Shown here piece after piece: positions 17,443-27,820 of a stretch of 64,000 nucleotides of DNA. The notes under the pieces are model-generated. The model ran no database searches and had not been told where the DNA came from. It worked only from the letters and a program-made list of their open reading frames with translations. Numbering within the stretch: position 1 is the stretch's first letter; every line of letters starts with the position of its first letter. Both the position numbers and the translations under genes were made by a program. This stretch comes from Clostridiaceae bacterium (GTDB lineage Bacteria; Bacillota; Clostridia; Oscillospirales; Acutalibacteraceae), in contig JAEEHB010000034.1 of assembly GCA_016280595.1 (NCBI GenBank), positions 1,073 to 65,072 of the forward strand. The letters run 5' to 3'.

Positions 17443-19037
17443 CGATGTTTATTCTTCTGTTCAAAAAACAGATGACGGAGATGTTCCGCAACTACTTTGT
17501 AAACCGCAAAACGGGCAAACTCCGTTCAAGGCCGCAGATTTTCCTGTTCATCGCTTTGTTTGTCGGCCTGCTCGCGCTTATTTCAAGCGCGTTTTTCGGC
17601 GTGGCAAGGTCCTTCGCAACCGCCCTTGTGTTTACGGATTATGAGTGGCTTTATTATGCTCTGCTCGGTTTCATTGCCGTTGCACTCGGAGTTTTCGGCT
17701 CGGTGTTCAACACCTATTCGATGCTTTACCTTGCCAAGGATAACGACTTGCTGCTTTCAATGCCGATACGTCCCTCAACCCTGCTCGGCTCCCGTATGGC
17801 GAGCGCCTATGTGCTGAGCATAATCTATGAGGCGATAGTGTATATCCCGGCTATGATTGAGTATCTGAAACTAAGCCCGGCAACTGCGGCAAACATCATT
17901 CTGCCGTCATTAAATCTTTTCATTTCCGGCTTTGCCGTGCTTGCGCTGACCTGTTTCTTCGGCTGGATTATAGCCGTGATTTCACGGAAAATCAGCAATA
18001 AAAACATAATCACCGTGGTGCTCTCGCTCGTATTCTTTTTCGGCTATTACTTTGTGATGTATAAGTTTCAGGCGCTCATGTCGCTTGTGCTCAATTACGC
18101 CGAAAAAACCGCGGAGGTCGTGAAAAAATACGCTTATCCGTTTTACCTTTTCGGCAGAGCGAACACGGGCGAAATAATCCCGTTTATCCTCTTTGCCATT
18201 ATCGCATTCGGCCTGTTTTTGATAGCGCTTCTCATAATGTCGCGCACATTCATTAAACTCGCCACCGCAAACAAGGGCCTCAAAAAGAAGGAATACAATT
18301 CTTCCGCCCTCAAAACAAGGAGCGTGAAACGCGCCCTCTTTATGAAGGAAATCCGCAGATTCACGGGCACTCCCGTTTATATGCTCAACAGCGGGCTCGG
18401 TATGCTGATTGCTCCCGTTGCCTCCGTAATCGCGCTCGTGAAAGGCGATGTGCTCAGAGCGGCGCTTGTAAACCAGGCGGGCGAATACCGCGCGCTTATC
18501 CCGGCGCTCATAGTCACGGCTGTGTGTATGGTTTGCGCTATGGATAATCTCACAGCGCCTTCCGTTTCGCTTGAAGGAAAAGCCATATGGGTAATAAGGA
18601 GCATGCCTGCCGAAACAAAGAGCGTGCTCGCGGCTAAAATCAAACTTCATGTTATTCTCAATCTCATACCCGCCGAAATCTCGGCGCTGCTTCTCGGCAT
18701 AGCCTTCGGCTGCACCGCGCCGGAAATCGTACTTGTTATGCTCGCCGCGGCGGCATTTATACTGATGACCGCCTGTGCAGGTCTTATGTTAAATTTGCTT
18801 AAGCCCGACCTCAACTGGACAAGCGAAGTAATTCCCGTAAAGCAGGATCCGCCCTTGCTCTTTTCAATGCTGTTCGGCTTTATAACCGCGGTGCTCTCGG
18901 TTCCCGTGGCATATGTGCTTATGTTTGCGGGCTCTCTTGCGGGTCTTGCGGCAATAACTGCGGTTTATTTCATTGCGGCGGTTATCCTGTACAGATGGAT
19001 AAACACCAAAGGCGTAAAACTGTTTGACAGACTTTAA
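17439..19037 (+). CDS. ABC-2 type exporter permease
   Basis: Many TM helices, DNDLLLSMPI, SLEGK; overlaps the ATPase stop. Confidence 0.85.
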   Translation: MTMFILLFKKQMTEMFRNYFVNRKTGKLRSRPQIFLFIALFVGLLALISSAFFGVARSFATALVFTDYEWLYYALLGFIAVALGVFGSVFNTYSMLYLAKDNDLLLSMPIRPSTLLGSRMASAYVLSIIYEAIVYIPAMIEYLKLSPATAANIILPSLNLFISGFAVLALTCFFGWIIAVISRKISNKNIITVVLSLVFFFGYYFVMYKFQALMSLVLNYAEKTAEVVKKYAYPFYLFGRANTGEIIPFILFAIIAFGLFLIALLIMSRTFIKLATANKGLKKKEYNSSALKTRSVKRALFMKEIRRFTGTPVYMLNSGLGMLIAPVASVIALVKGDVLRAALVNQAGEYRALIPALIVTAVCMVCAMDNLTAPSVSLEGKAIWVIRSMPAETKSVLAAKIKLHVILNLIPAEISALLLGIAFGCTAPEIVLVMLAAAAFILMTACAGLMLNLLKPDLNWTSEVIPVKQDPPLLFSMLFGFITAVLSVPVAYVLMFAGSLAGLAAITAVYFIAAVILYRWINTKGVKLFDRL

Positions 19038-19063
19038 GATATACCGGGTTTGGAGGAAGAAAA

Positions 19064-19972
19064 ATGCAGAAGATTTTTGACGCGCTTCACCTCGCCTTCC
19101 GTCAGCAGGAAGCAATAATGAGAATCGGCAGGATTGCCGGCAACCTTTTCAGCGGCGGATTTTCGGCAAAGAAGTTAATCGCTCTGCTTGTGGCTTTTGC
19201 CGAAATGTTCGGCTGTGTGCTGTTTGATTATCCGCTCACCCCTTCGGGGCAGGAACTTGATCTTACCGGCTACAATCTCGTTTTCTGCGATGAGTTTGAC
19301 GGCGACACGCTTGACACCGATGTGTGGTTCCACAGAGGAGTAGGCCCCAGAAGAAACGGAGCCAACAGTTCAAGCCAGGTAAGACTTGAAAACGGCAATA
19401 TGATAATGACCTGCGAATACCTTGAAGACGGCGAATTCGGGCCGGGCTGGTATTCTGGCATGATTGCGCTCAGGCAGAAATACCTCAGGGGATATTTTGA
19501 AATAAAATGCAAGTGCAATCCGGGCGGAGAATTCTGGAGCGCTTTCTGGATTCAGGCGGACCATCCTTATGAGCACGAAATCTCAAAGGGCGGCCCCGGC
19601 GGCGCGGAACTCGATATATTCGAGGCGTTCGGCGGCTCTGAGAAAAACGCCTCCGTGCGCAACAGTGTCACCCAGACTATCCACTGCAACGGCTGGGATG
19701 ACAACCCGGATAAAATCGATTCGAGGATGCTCGGCAAATTCAAGGGCAACAACATATTTGAAGAATACAACACCTACGGCCTTGAGTGGACCGAGGATGA
19801 ATATATTTTCTATATCAACGGCGTTGAAACCGCGAGGTCGTCTTTCGGCAACGGCGTATCCGAAGTGGAGGAAACCGTAATCGTTTCTCTCGAAATTCCG
19901 GATGAAATAACGCACGAAAAAGATTTCTCCTCCGACTTTGTCGTTGACTATGTTAAAATTTATCAGAAATAA
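19064..19972 (+). CDS. Glycoside hydrolase family 16
   Basis: LVFCDEFDG, WSAFW, catalytic ELDIFE, YGLEW, VDYVKIY. Confidence 0.9.
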   Translation: MQKIFDALHLAFRQQEAIMRIGRIAGNLFSGGFSAKKLIALLVAFAEMFGCVLFDYPLTPSGQELDLTGYNLVFCDEFDGDTLDTDVWFHRGVGPRRNGANSSSQVRLENGNMIMTCEYLEDGEFGPGWYSGMIALRQKYLRGYFEIKCKCNPGGEFWSAFWIQADHPYEHEISKGGPGGAELDIFEAFGGSEKNASVRNSVTQTIHCNGWDDNPDKIDSRMLGKFKGNNIFEEYNTYGLEWTEDEYIFYINGVETARSSFGNGVSEVEETVIVSLEIPDEITHEKDFSSDFVVDYVKIYQK

Positions 19973-20009
19973 ACCGGCTTTCCGGTATCCGGAACAGGGG
20001 TGATTTAAG

Positions 20010-20867
20010 TTGATTGATGTTTTGATTGATACCCTGCTTGACGCGCTCAAACTGCTTCCGTTTCTGTTTGCGACCTATCTGCTTATGGAGTTTATTGAGC
20101 ATAAGGCAGGGGAGAAAAGTGAAATAATAATCCGCAGGGCGGGCAGGCTCGGTCCCGCTCTCGGCGCTCTGCTCGGGCTTGTGCCCCAGTGCGGTTTTTC
20201 GGCGGGCGCGGCATCGCTCTACGCGGGCGGCCTTGTTTCCGCAGGCACGCTTATCGCCGTATTCCTTTCCACTTCGGATGAAATGCTCCCGATTTTAATC
20301 TCCGAAAAAGTAAAGGCGTCGGTGCTTATTGAGATTCTTCTCATAAAGTTTGTAACGGCACTTATAGCGGGCTTTGCCGCGGATATAATCATCCGGCTCG
20401 GCAGAAAAGGAGAAAACGAGCGCAGAATAAAATCAATCTGCGATGATGACCACTGCCACTGTGAGGAAGAGGGTATATTCCGCTCCGCGCTCCACCACAC
20501 CCTGCAGATTGCGCTCTTTATTCTGATTGTCACATTCGCCCTCAACACGGCTGTTCACTACATAGGCGAGGATAATCTTGCCAAAGTGTTTGTGAATATC
20601 CCTGTTGCCGGCTGCGCGGTTTCCTCACTTGTGGGGCTTATTCCCAACTGCGCCGCCTCGGTAGTAATTACCGAACTTTATCTCTCTGGAATAATCGGCA
20701 CGGGCGCGATGATTTCGGGTCTTCTCACAGGCTGCGGAATCGGTCTGCTTGTGCTTTTCAGAATGAACAAACATAACGCAAAAGAGAATCTTGCCTTCCT
20801 GCTGACCCTTTATGTTACGGGTGTTGTGATAGGCAGTGTGATAGAATTTTTGGGTATAACAATATAA
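20010..20867 (+). CDS. Putative metal (manganese/arsenic-type) transporter
   Basis: Internal repeats PQCGFS and PNCAAS, STSDE, His/Cys loop CDDDHCHC. Confidence 0.7.
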   Translation: MIDVLIDTLLDALKLLPFLFATYLLMEFIEHKAGEKSEIIIRRAGRLGPALGALLGLVPQCGFSAGAASLYAGGLVSAGTLIAVFLSTSDEMLPILISEKVKASVLIEILLIKFVTALIAGFAADIIIRLGRKGENERRIKSICDDDHCHCEEEGIFRSALHHTLQIALFILIVTFALNTAVHYIGEDNLAKVFVNIPVAGCAVSSLVGLIPNCAASVVITELYLSGIIGTGAMISGLLTGCGIGLLVLFRMNKHNAKENLAFLLTLYVTGVVIGSVIEFLGITI

Positions 20868-20987
20868 AATTTACAGTTTTTTAATAAATTTACCTAAAAA
20901 AATCTTCCCAAATTGCAAAAACAGTGATATAATATCACGGTAAATACCCTGATTTCGCAGGATTATCACTAAACGGAGGTTTATGAA

Positions 20988-22529
20988 ATGAAAAACATCT
21001 CTAAACGTACACTTGCCGTTCTTATGGCAGCGCTGATGCTTTTATCGGTGATGTCCGTAAGTTCATTTGCCACCTTAACTTTCACTCTTACAGCAAGTGA
21101 TAACGGCAGCAATGTTGCATTAACCGCATCAAGTTCAGACTACACTTACACTGCTGAAGCCCCGTCGACCGACGGAGCAGCTGTAAGCGGCAAAAAGATT
21201 ACCATCAATACTCTTTCGGCCGGTAATTATACCATCACCGCCAAAAATTCCGATAATACCGATACCGGCTCGGTTACCGTAAAAGGCCAGAAGGTTACAT
21301 TCACCATTGATCCCGCTGAAGAAACTCAGACACTTATAATTACCAACAGCAGCGGTGTTGATCTCAAGTTCTTTGTAAAAGGTTTGCAGGCTAAAGTTCA
21401 GAAGATCAACGACACTCTCACAACGATCACTGACATTAAACTCACCGGCACCGAAAAGCAGTATACTATTATCGGCTATTATTTTGATACTGCCTCCAAC
21501 ACCCTCTATTTCGGTGAGCAGAAAGTCAATAAATTCAAAGATAAGCAGAATGCTCCTTCAGGCATCAAGCCGACCGCCACAGAGGATACCATCACCATCG
21601 AAAAGATTACAGGCGCGGAATATGCGATTACAGACGGCACTACCGTTCCTCAGGATACCGACTGGACCGATGAAAATGTGTTCACCAAGTGCGGCGGTGA
21701 GGCTCTTAAAGCAGAGCAGTTCTACACCGTATATGCGAGAATGAAGGCGACCGATGACAAGCTTGCCAGCGATGCCGTTTCCGCAAAGATTAAGACTCTC
21801 AAGCCCTGCGCAACAACTCCCGAAAAGGTTGCACCGGTTGATTTCACATCCGTTACAAAGACTGCTGTTACAATAAAATCGGTTGACGGCTACGAGTATT
21901 CAAACGACGGCAAGACCTGGTCCTCAAAGACAACCTTCACAGGTCTTACCTCCGGCAAGAGCTACACTTTCTATCAGAGAGTTGCCGCCAAAGACGACTT
22001 CGCTCCCTCCGCACCGACCAGCAAGAGCGTAACCACTAACACTGCAGATATCTATACTGCCGATATCAAGAAGATAGGCACTCTCACCTGGAAAGATGCC
22101 GATAACATCAGAATGGGCAAGGAAAATGAGTTTACCCTTTCCGGCGATATCAGAACAAACGGCAACATTCAGTGGGGCGACACCTGCGTAGTTCCCGTTT
22201 CCTTCTCGGACGGCACCGCCACCATCACCTCCTTCACTCCCAGTGCGGACGGCTCCAAGTTTGCGGCAAAATACACTCCCGCATCAACAGGTGAAAAGAA
22301 GATCACCGTTATTTATCAGAAGAAAATCTACAAAGGAACCGACGGTTGGGTTAACGACGGCGAGCCCATCACCCAGACTTACAACATCACCGTTCTTCAC
22401 AGTGATGACGGTTTCTGGGGCATCCTTGTTAAACTTGTCAACTTCCTTACCGGTCAGTTCCCCCAGATGCTTGCCAACGGTATGAAGTGGCTCCAGGAGC
22501 ACGGCGCATCTTTCCTTATCTTCATCTGA
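20988..22529 (+). CDS. Secreted/surface protein with two FN3-like repeats
   Basis: Signal peptide; Thr-rich beta domains; EY..W...FT.L...YT.Y.R twice; hydrophobic C-terminus. Confidence 0.7.
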   Translation: MKNISKRTLAVLMAALMLLSVMSVSSFATLTFTLTASDNGSNVALTASSSDYTYTAEAPSTDGAAVSGKKITINTLSAGNYTITAKNSDNTDTGSVTVKGQKVTFTIDPAEETQTLIITNSSGVDLKFFVKGLQAKVQKINDTLTTITDIKLTGTEKQYTIIGYYFDTASNTLYFGEQKVNKFKDKQNAPSGIKPTATEDTITIEKITGAEYAITDGTTVPQDTDWTDENVFTKCGGEALKAEQFYTVYARMKATDDKLASDAVSAKIKTLKPCATTPEKVAPVDFTSVTKTAVTIKSVDGYEYSNDGKTWSSKTTFTGLTSGKSYTFYQRVAAKDDFAPSAPTSKSVTTNTADIYTADIKKIGTLTWKDADNIRMGKENEFTLSGDIRTNGNIQWGDTCVVPVSFSDGTATITSFTPSADGSKFAAKYTPASTGEKKITVIYQKKIYKGTDGWVNDGEPITQTYNITVLHSDDGFWGILVKLVNFLTGQFPQMLANGMKWLQEHGASFLIFI

Positions 22530-22572
22530 TTTGAAGAAAATAAGTTACTTATAAAATAATTTAAAAAAATAC

Positions 22573-22720
22573 TTGAAATTATGCCCTGCGTGTGGTAAAC
22601 TTTAACGGCAATTCACACGCAGGGCTATTTTTATCGCCGGTGCGGTTTATCCGTGGCGGTATCAGGCGCTGCGGCGGTTGTGTGAAACTAACACAAAAAA
22701 ACCTAAGGAGGAAAAATCAA
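22573..22720 (+). promoter_or_regulatory. rpsB promoter and structured 5' leader (probable S2 autoregulatory element)
   Basis: TTGAAA-17-TAAACT with extended TG; leader closed by CACAC(22614)/GTGTG pairing around GC-rich hairpins. Confidence 0.65.
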
Positions 22721-23473
22721 ATGTCAGTAGTTTCAATGAAGCAGTTGCTTGAGGCGGGCGTTCACTTCGGCCACCAGACCAGAAGATGGAACCCCAAGAT
22801 GGCAGAGTACATTTTCACGGAGCGTAACGGTATCTACATCATCGACCTTCAGAAGACCGTTAAGAAACTTGAAGAGGCTTACCTCTTTGTCCGTGACATT
22901 TCCGCAGAGGGCGGCGACGTTCTCTTTGTAGGCACCAAGAAGCAGGCTCAGGATTCCATCAAGGAAGAGGCAATCCGCTGCGGTATGCCCTATGTCAACG
23001 CACGTTGGCTCGGCGGCATGCTCACCAACTTCAACACCATCAAGAAGAGAATCGCAAGGCTTGACCAGCTCAAGACCATGGAGTCAAACGGCACTTTTGA
23101 CCGCCTGACCAAGAAGGAAGTTACCAAACTCTCACTCGAAATCGAAAAACTCGAAAAGTATCTCGGCGGTATCACCGGCATGAAGAAGCAGCCCGCCGTT
23201 ATGTTCATTATAGACCCGCGCAAAGAGAAGATAGCAGTTCTCGAAGCAAAGAAACTCGGTATCCCCATCGTTGCCATAGTTGATACCAACTGTGACCCCG
23301 ACGAAGTTGACTATGTAATCCCCGGCAATGATGACGCTATCCGTGCCGTGAAACTCATCGCAGGCGCAATGGCAGACGCCGTTATCGAAGGCAGACAGGG
23401 TGAGCAGAGCGCTCCCGCCGAAGCCGCTGAGGAAGCAAAAGCAGAAGAAACCGAAACCGCAGAGGAGGAATAA
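22721..23473 (+). CDS. rpsB: 30S ribosomal protein S2
   Basis: [32 protein letters not shown]; ATG 22721 after AAGGAGG. Confidence 0.98.
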   Translation: MSVVSMKQLLEAGVHFGHQTRRWNPKMAEYIFTERNGIYIIDLQKTVKKLEEAYLFVRDISAEGGDVLFVGTKKQAQDSIKEEAIRCGMPYVNARWLGGMLTNFNTIKKRIARLDQLKTMESNGTFDRLTKKEVTKLSLEIEKLEKYLGGITGMKKQPAVMFIIDPRKEKIAVLEAKKLGIPIVAIVDTNCDPDEVDYVIPGNDDAIRAVKLIAGAMADAVIEGRQGEQSAPAEAAEEAKAEETETAEEE

Positions 23474-23476
23474 TAA

Positions 23477-24571
23477 ATGGCAGCATTCACAGCAAAAGAC
23501 GTTCAGGCTCTCAGAGAGAAGACCAATGTCGGCATGATGGACTGCAAAAAGGCCCTTACCGAAGCCGACGGCGATATGGACAAGGCAGTTGAGATTCTCC
23601 GCGAAAAAGGTCTCGCTTCCGCCGCCAAAAAAGCAAGCCGTATAGCAGCAGAAGGCGTTATCGGCGTTTACTCCGATGCATCGGGTTCAGCCCTTGTAGA
23701 ACTTAACTGTGAAACCGACTTTGTCGGCAAGAACCCCGACTTTGTCGCTCTTTCAAATCAGATAGCAAAGACAGCCGTTATCGCAAAGCCCGCCGATGTT
23801 GAAGCACTCGGCGCAGCCACCATCGCAGACGGCACAATGAGCGTTACCGACGCTATCCAGGATCTCTTCCTTAAGATCCGCGAAAACCTCAAGCTCCGCA
23901 GATTTGCCCTTGTTGAAGGCACTGCCGTTTCCTACATTCACGGCGGCGGCTCCGTAGGCGTTCTTGTATCCTTTGATACCGACGCTGCCGACAGCGACGA
24001 ATTCAAGGCGATGGGCAAAAACATTGCAATGCAGGTTGCCGCAATGAGCCCCGAATATCTCAAGGAAAGCGATATCTCCGCAGACGAACTCGCGAAGATG
24101 AAGAATATCACCATCGAGAGCGCTCTCAACAAGCCCGATTCTCTTCCCAAGCCCATTCTTATGAGCATCATCGCAAAAACGATTGAAGCAGGCAAATGGG
24201 AGCAGAAAGATATCGACGCTTACGAGGCAGAGAAGAACAACAAGTTCCTCTTCAACTTCCTCTCTGAAGAAGCGAAAGCAGCTCTTGCCGAAACAGCAGT
24301 TGCCGGCAAAGAAGAGTACACTGCAAACCCGATTTTCGGCAAACTTACCGAAGGCCGTATTGCCAAGCAGATCAAAGAAATCTGCCTGCTTGAGCAGCCC
24401 TTCGTTCGTACCGACCTGTTTGACGGCACTGTAGGCGCTTATGTCGCCGACACCGCCAAGAAACTCGGCGCGAAGATTGAAGTCACCGGTTTCGTTCGTT
24501 TCGCAAAAGGCGAAGGCATTGAAAAGAAGGTTGACGACTTCGCAGCAGAAGTTGCAGGCATGGTAAAATAA
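23477..24571 (+). CDS. tsf: Elongation factor Ts with an internal insertion
   Basis: GMMDCKKAL, NCETDFV, GEGIEKK; follows rpsB. Confidence 0.97.
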   Translation: MAAFTAKDVQALREKTNVGMMDCKKALTEADGDMDKAVEILREKGLASAAKKASRIAAEGVIGVYSDASGSALVELNCETDFVGKNPDFVALSNQIAKTAVIAKPADVEALGAATIADGTMSVTDAIQDLFLKIRENLKLRRFALVEGTAVSYIHGGGSVGVLVSFDTDAADSDEFKAMGKNIAMQVAAMSPEYLKESDISADELAKMKNITIESALNKPDSLPKPILMSIIAKTIEAGKWEQKDIDAYEAEKNNKFLFNFLSEEAKAALAETAVAGKEEYTANPIFGKLTEGRIAKQIKEICLLEQPFVRTDLFDGTVGAYVADTAKKLGAKIEVTGFVRFAKGEGIEKKVDDFAAEVAGMVK

Positions 24572-24584
24572 TCAATCAATTAAA

Positions 24585-24616
24585 ACGCGGGGCGCTGCGC
24601 CCCGCGTAACTTTTTA
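24585..24616 (+). terminator. rpsB-tsf terminator
   Basis: ACGCGGGGCGC..GCGCCCCGCGT followed by a T-run. Confidence 0.75.
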
Positions 24617-24635
24617 CTATACGGAGGATTATATA

Positions 24636-25508
24636 ATGAAAAAATATTCTCTTTTTTCAAAAGCGTTATCAATATTGCTGACCGTTGCGATTCTTTCCAG
24701 CTGTCTTGCCGTAATGTCTTATGCTGATGAAGAATATGACGCATGGGACGAAGGAATGACTATGTGGTATTGGAAAGAAGATAAAGGTGGACACTCTCTT
24801 CTGAGAGTTGGATTCAGCGAGAAATATGTGAGATTCGGAGAGAATGTTACGGTTGAAGTCTTTTTCGGTAAAGAATCAAAAACCTTTTCCGGGGATGAAC
24901 TGCTTTCAGTACGCGAGGAAGGATATTACTATGACGCTGTAGAACTAGAACAGGCTATCTATATAAAAGACGCTGTTTCCTGTGCTCCTTCAAAGGTAGT
25001 TGTTGCTGAAAACTCGGTTTACGATGCCGAAGAAAACGGAAACAGCCCTATCACAATTGAAGGATACAGCGATAGAGAGTTCTATTTTTTTAAAATACAA
25101 AATGTTGAGGACTCAGTCTATCTTGATGAAACAGAGTGTTATATAGGAGACGGTATACGTTGCAACTCACCTATTCCGGTTGATTTTTATATGAACGATG
25201 AACTTGTATCACAAAATACCAGTTCGTTTGAATACTTAACGGAGAATGAAGGCAAATACGTATTCAGCGCAAAAAAAATGGGGATTGTTTTGTATACAAG
25301 AGAGTTTACGGTGAAAAAACTGACTTCAGCAGATAAAGTCAAGCATTACCTGGAACTGATATTATTTGCACCTGTTTACTTATTTGTTGAATCGGTTCTC
25401 GCCGCTATAACTTTTTCATTTATTTCCACGATCATTGGCACGGCCGGCATTTTCGGCCCGTTTGTTGCGATACGTGATCTGTTTGAAAAATTATTCAGTA
25501 ATAACTGA
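24636..25508 (+). CDS. Hypothetical secreted, membrane-anchored protein, AT-rich
   Basis: Signal peptide, acidic beta-rich body, C-terminal hydrophobic segment. Confidence 0.65.
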   Translation: MKKYSLFSKALSILLTVAILSSCLAVMSYADEEYDAWDEGMTMWYWKEDKGGHSLLRVGFSEKYVRFGENVTVEVFFGKESKTFSGDELLSVREEGYYYDAVELEQAIYIKDAVSCAPSKVVVAENSVYDAEENGNSPITIEGYSDREFYFFKIQNVEDSVYLDETECYIGDGIRCNSPIPVDFYMNDELVSQNTSSFEYLTENEGKYVFSAKKMGIVLYTREFTVKKLTSADKVKHYLELILFAPVYLFVESVLAAITFSFISTIIGTAGIFGPFVAIRDLFEKLFSNN

Positions 25509-25518
25509 AAACAGATAA

Positions 25519-25554
25519 CAAAACAGCAGGTAACAGAGGTTACCTGCTGTTTTT
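25519..25554. terminator. Bidirectional terminator closing the heptose operon
   Basis: AAAACAGCAGGTAAC-loop-GTTACCTGCTGTTTT. Confidence 0.85.
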
Positions 25555-25565
25555 CTTTATGTATA

Positions 25566-26858
25566 TTAAGAAAATATATCTTTGCAGAATGAGAGCAGAT
25601 CGGGATAGTCCGCGAGTCCTTCGGCTTCGCTTTCCTGCTTTCCGCAGGAGAGCAGTACGGACTTGCATCCGGCGTTTATGCCTGCCTGCCTGTCACTCAG
25701 CGCGTCACCCGCCATATAACTTGAAGCGAGGTCTATGTTGAGGTCTTCAGCTGCTTTCAGCAGCATACCGGGAGCGGGCTTTCGGCAGTTGCATTTTATT
25801 TTGTACTCGGGTCTCTCTCCCGGATGACCCGGTTCGGGATGATGCGGGCAGTAATATATCGCGTCAAGATACGCACCCTCACGCCCGAGCAAGTCTTCAA
25901 GCCTTGCGTTTATAGCGTCAAGTTCTTCAAAGGTGCAATCGCCCCTCGCTATCACCGCCTGGTTTGTGGCGAGTACGGCGAGCATACCGCTGTCATTTAT
26001 CATTTTGAGCGCCTGCGCTGCGCCGGGCAGAAGTTCAATATCATCCTTATTTGTGATATAGCCCTTATAAACATTCAGCGTGCCGTCCCTGTCAATGAAT
26101 ACGGCTCTCTGTTTGTTTCTGAGATTTCTTTTTGCGGGAATGCCGAGTGAAATATCTTTTTCCGCTTTTTCAAGGCGGGCGGGTGTACCCGCGTCGTGCA
26201 CATATTCGGTGCATCTGTAGGCGAATAATCTGCCGCTGTTTACGGCGGGCATAAGAATATCGCGGTCAAGGTCTTTCGCGCCGCCGGGCTCAAGGTTGCG
26301 GAGAAACTCGCGTGAGAGAATCTGTATTCCCGCGTTTGAAAGATTTTCGCAGCAGTCAGTTTTGCTTTCCTTAGGCACAAAAGCGCTTATCCTGCCGTCT
26401 TTGCCGCAGATAATAGCGGTGCTGTCCGCCGGGTGCGAATTGGGGTGGGCAAAGAGAGTTGCGAGAGCGCCCGACTGCCTGTGAAAAGCGTACATTCTGT
26501 CAAGAGAAAAATCAAAAATCAGGTCTCCCGAGCAGAGCAGAATATCCTCGGCAAACCCGAGCAGGGCGAGAGCGCCGCCCGTGCCGAGGGGCTCACTTTC
26601 CTCATAAAACGAAATGTCTATGCCGAAACCGGAGGAAGAAGCAAAGTAGTCTTTTATCACTTCGCTCTTGTATCCGGTGACTATCACAGCCTCGCTTATT
26701 CCCTCTCTCGCAAGTATTTTCAGCTGGCGCGAAAGAATTGCTTCACCGCAAACGGGAAAAAGCGGCTTGGGCAGCCCCGCGCTTATCTGCGCGAGACGCG
26801 TGCCTTCACCGCCGGCAAGTATTATCGCTTTTTTGATGTCAGATGATTTCATTTTCAT
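25566..26858 (-). CDS. Fused sugar-1-phosphate nucleotidyltransferase (HddC-like) + heptose-1,7-bisphosphate phosphatase (GmhB-like)
   Basis: ILAGGEGTRL...PKPL, EPLGTGG; HAD motif FIDRDGT; Zn site CPHHP...CNCRKP. Confidence 0.9.
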   Translation of the reverse strand: MKMKSSDIKKAIILAGGEGTRLAQISAGLPKPLFPVCGEAILSRQLKILAREGISEAVIVTGYKSEVIKDYFASSSGFGIDISFYEESEPLGTGGALALLGFAEDILLCSGDLIFDFSLDRMYAFHRQSGALATLFAHPNSHPADSTAIICGKDGRISAFVPKESKTDCCENLSNAGIQILSREFLRNLEPGGAKDLDRDILMPAVNSGRLFAYRCTEYVHDAGTPARLEKAEKDISLGIPAKRNLRNKQRAVFIDRDGTLNVYKGYITNKDDIELLPGAAQALKMINDSGMLAVLATNQAVIARGDCTFEELDAINARLEDLLGREGAYLDAIYYCPHHPEPGHPGERPEYKIKCNCRKPAPGMLLKAAEDLNIDLASSYMAGDALSDRQAGINAGCKSVLLSCGKQESEAEGLADYPDLLSFCKDIFS

Positions 26859-27819
26859 ACATTAGAACGGTGCCGCTCTTTTCAAATTCAAACTTTTCAA
26901 ACGTATATTCCTTGAACGCTTCCCTTACCGTCTGCTGATCTTTCGCCGGCACATAGAGCAGCATATATCCGCCGCCGCCCGCGCCGAGTATCTTGCCGCC
27001 GAGAGCGCCGCTTTCTTTTGCTCTGTTATAAAGTCTGTCTATTTCGTCGGTTGTGATGCTGCCGGAAAGTTTCTTCTTGAGTGTCCACGAGCGGTCGAGC
27101 AGATAGCCGATATCGTCAAGATCGCCGTGAAGAAACACCCTGTGCGCCTCGTCAACCGTCTGCTTCATTTCGTCAAGGAACGAGATTGTTTTGGGTATAT
27201 TATCCTGCTGCGCTTTTGCGACTTCGCCCGAAAAATGAGTGAAGCCCGTGAACATAAGCATCAGATTTCTGCTGAATTCCTTGGCTCTGACAGGGCTGAT
27301 TCTGAGAGGCTCAACCCTGTAGCCGTCTTTGTCAAAGTAGTATCTGTTGAGACCGCCGAAAGCGGATGCGAGCTGGTCCTGCACTCCTCCCGCTTCGCCG
27401 CACAGGTCTCTTTCGATATGAATTGCCTGCTTTGCGATTTCCATTTTGTCGGGATAAAGCCCCTTCATCGCGCTCAGGCCCTGCACAAGGGCAACGGCAA
27501 ACGCCGAACTTGAGCCTATGCCGGAGCAGGCGGGCAGATCCGCATCGTAGTTAATCTGAAGACCGTCATAGGGGATGTAGCCGAGAGCCGCCTTCACGAG
27601 CGGATGGCTAAGTTCGTCAAGCGAGTTGAAGCGCTCGATTTTTGAGTAGGTGAGCTGATTTTTATAACTGAAAATCTGCGGCAGATCGCGTATTGTGACA
27701 TAGCAATACTTATCTATGGTGGTAGATATTACACTGCCGCCGTATTTTGAAAAGTATTCATAAAAATCTGTTCCGCCGCCGAAAAATGAAATGCGGAACG
27801 GCGCTCTGACTATAAGCAT
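26839..27819 (-). CDS. hddA: GHMP kinase, D-glycero-D-manno-heptose-7-phosphate kinase-like
   Basis: RAPFRISFFGGGTDF, LPACSGIGSSS, GVQDQ, GGKILGAGGGG. Confidence 0.85.
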   Translation of the reverse strand: MLIVRAPFRISFFGGGTDFYEYFSKYGGSVISTTIDKYCYVTIRDLPQIFSYKNQLTYSKIERFNSLDELSHPLVKAALGYIPYDGLQINYDADLPACSGIGSSSAFAVALVQGLSAMKGLYPDKMEIAKQAIHIERDLCGEAGGVQDQLASAFGGLNRYYFDKDGYRVEPLRISPVRAKEFSRNLMLMFTGFTHFSGEVAKAQQDNIPKTISFLDEMKQTVDEAHRVFLHGDLDDIGYLLDRSWTLKKKLSGSITTDEIDRLYNRAKESGALGGKILGAGGGGYMLLYVPAKDQQTVREAFKEYTFEKFEFEKSGTVLMYENEII

Positions 27820-27820
27820 A

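Noticed and set aside
22592-22720. Longer N-termini given by the ORF track (rpsB 22592; also 3401, 31972, 33030, 35368, 53360, 58017)
   Set aside because: Downstream starts match family N-termini and mostly have better RBSs; the extensions run through promoters, leaders or terminators.
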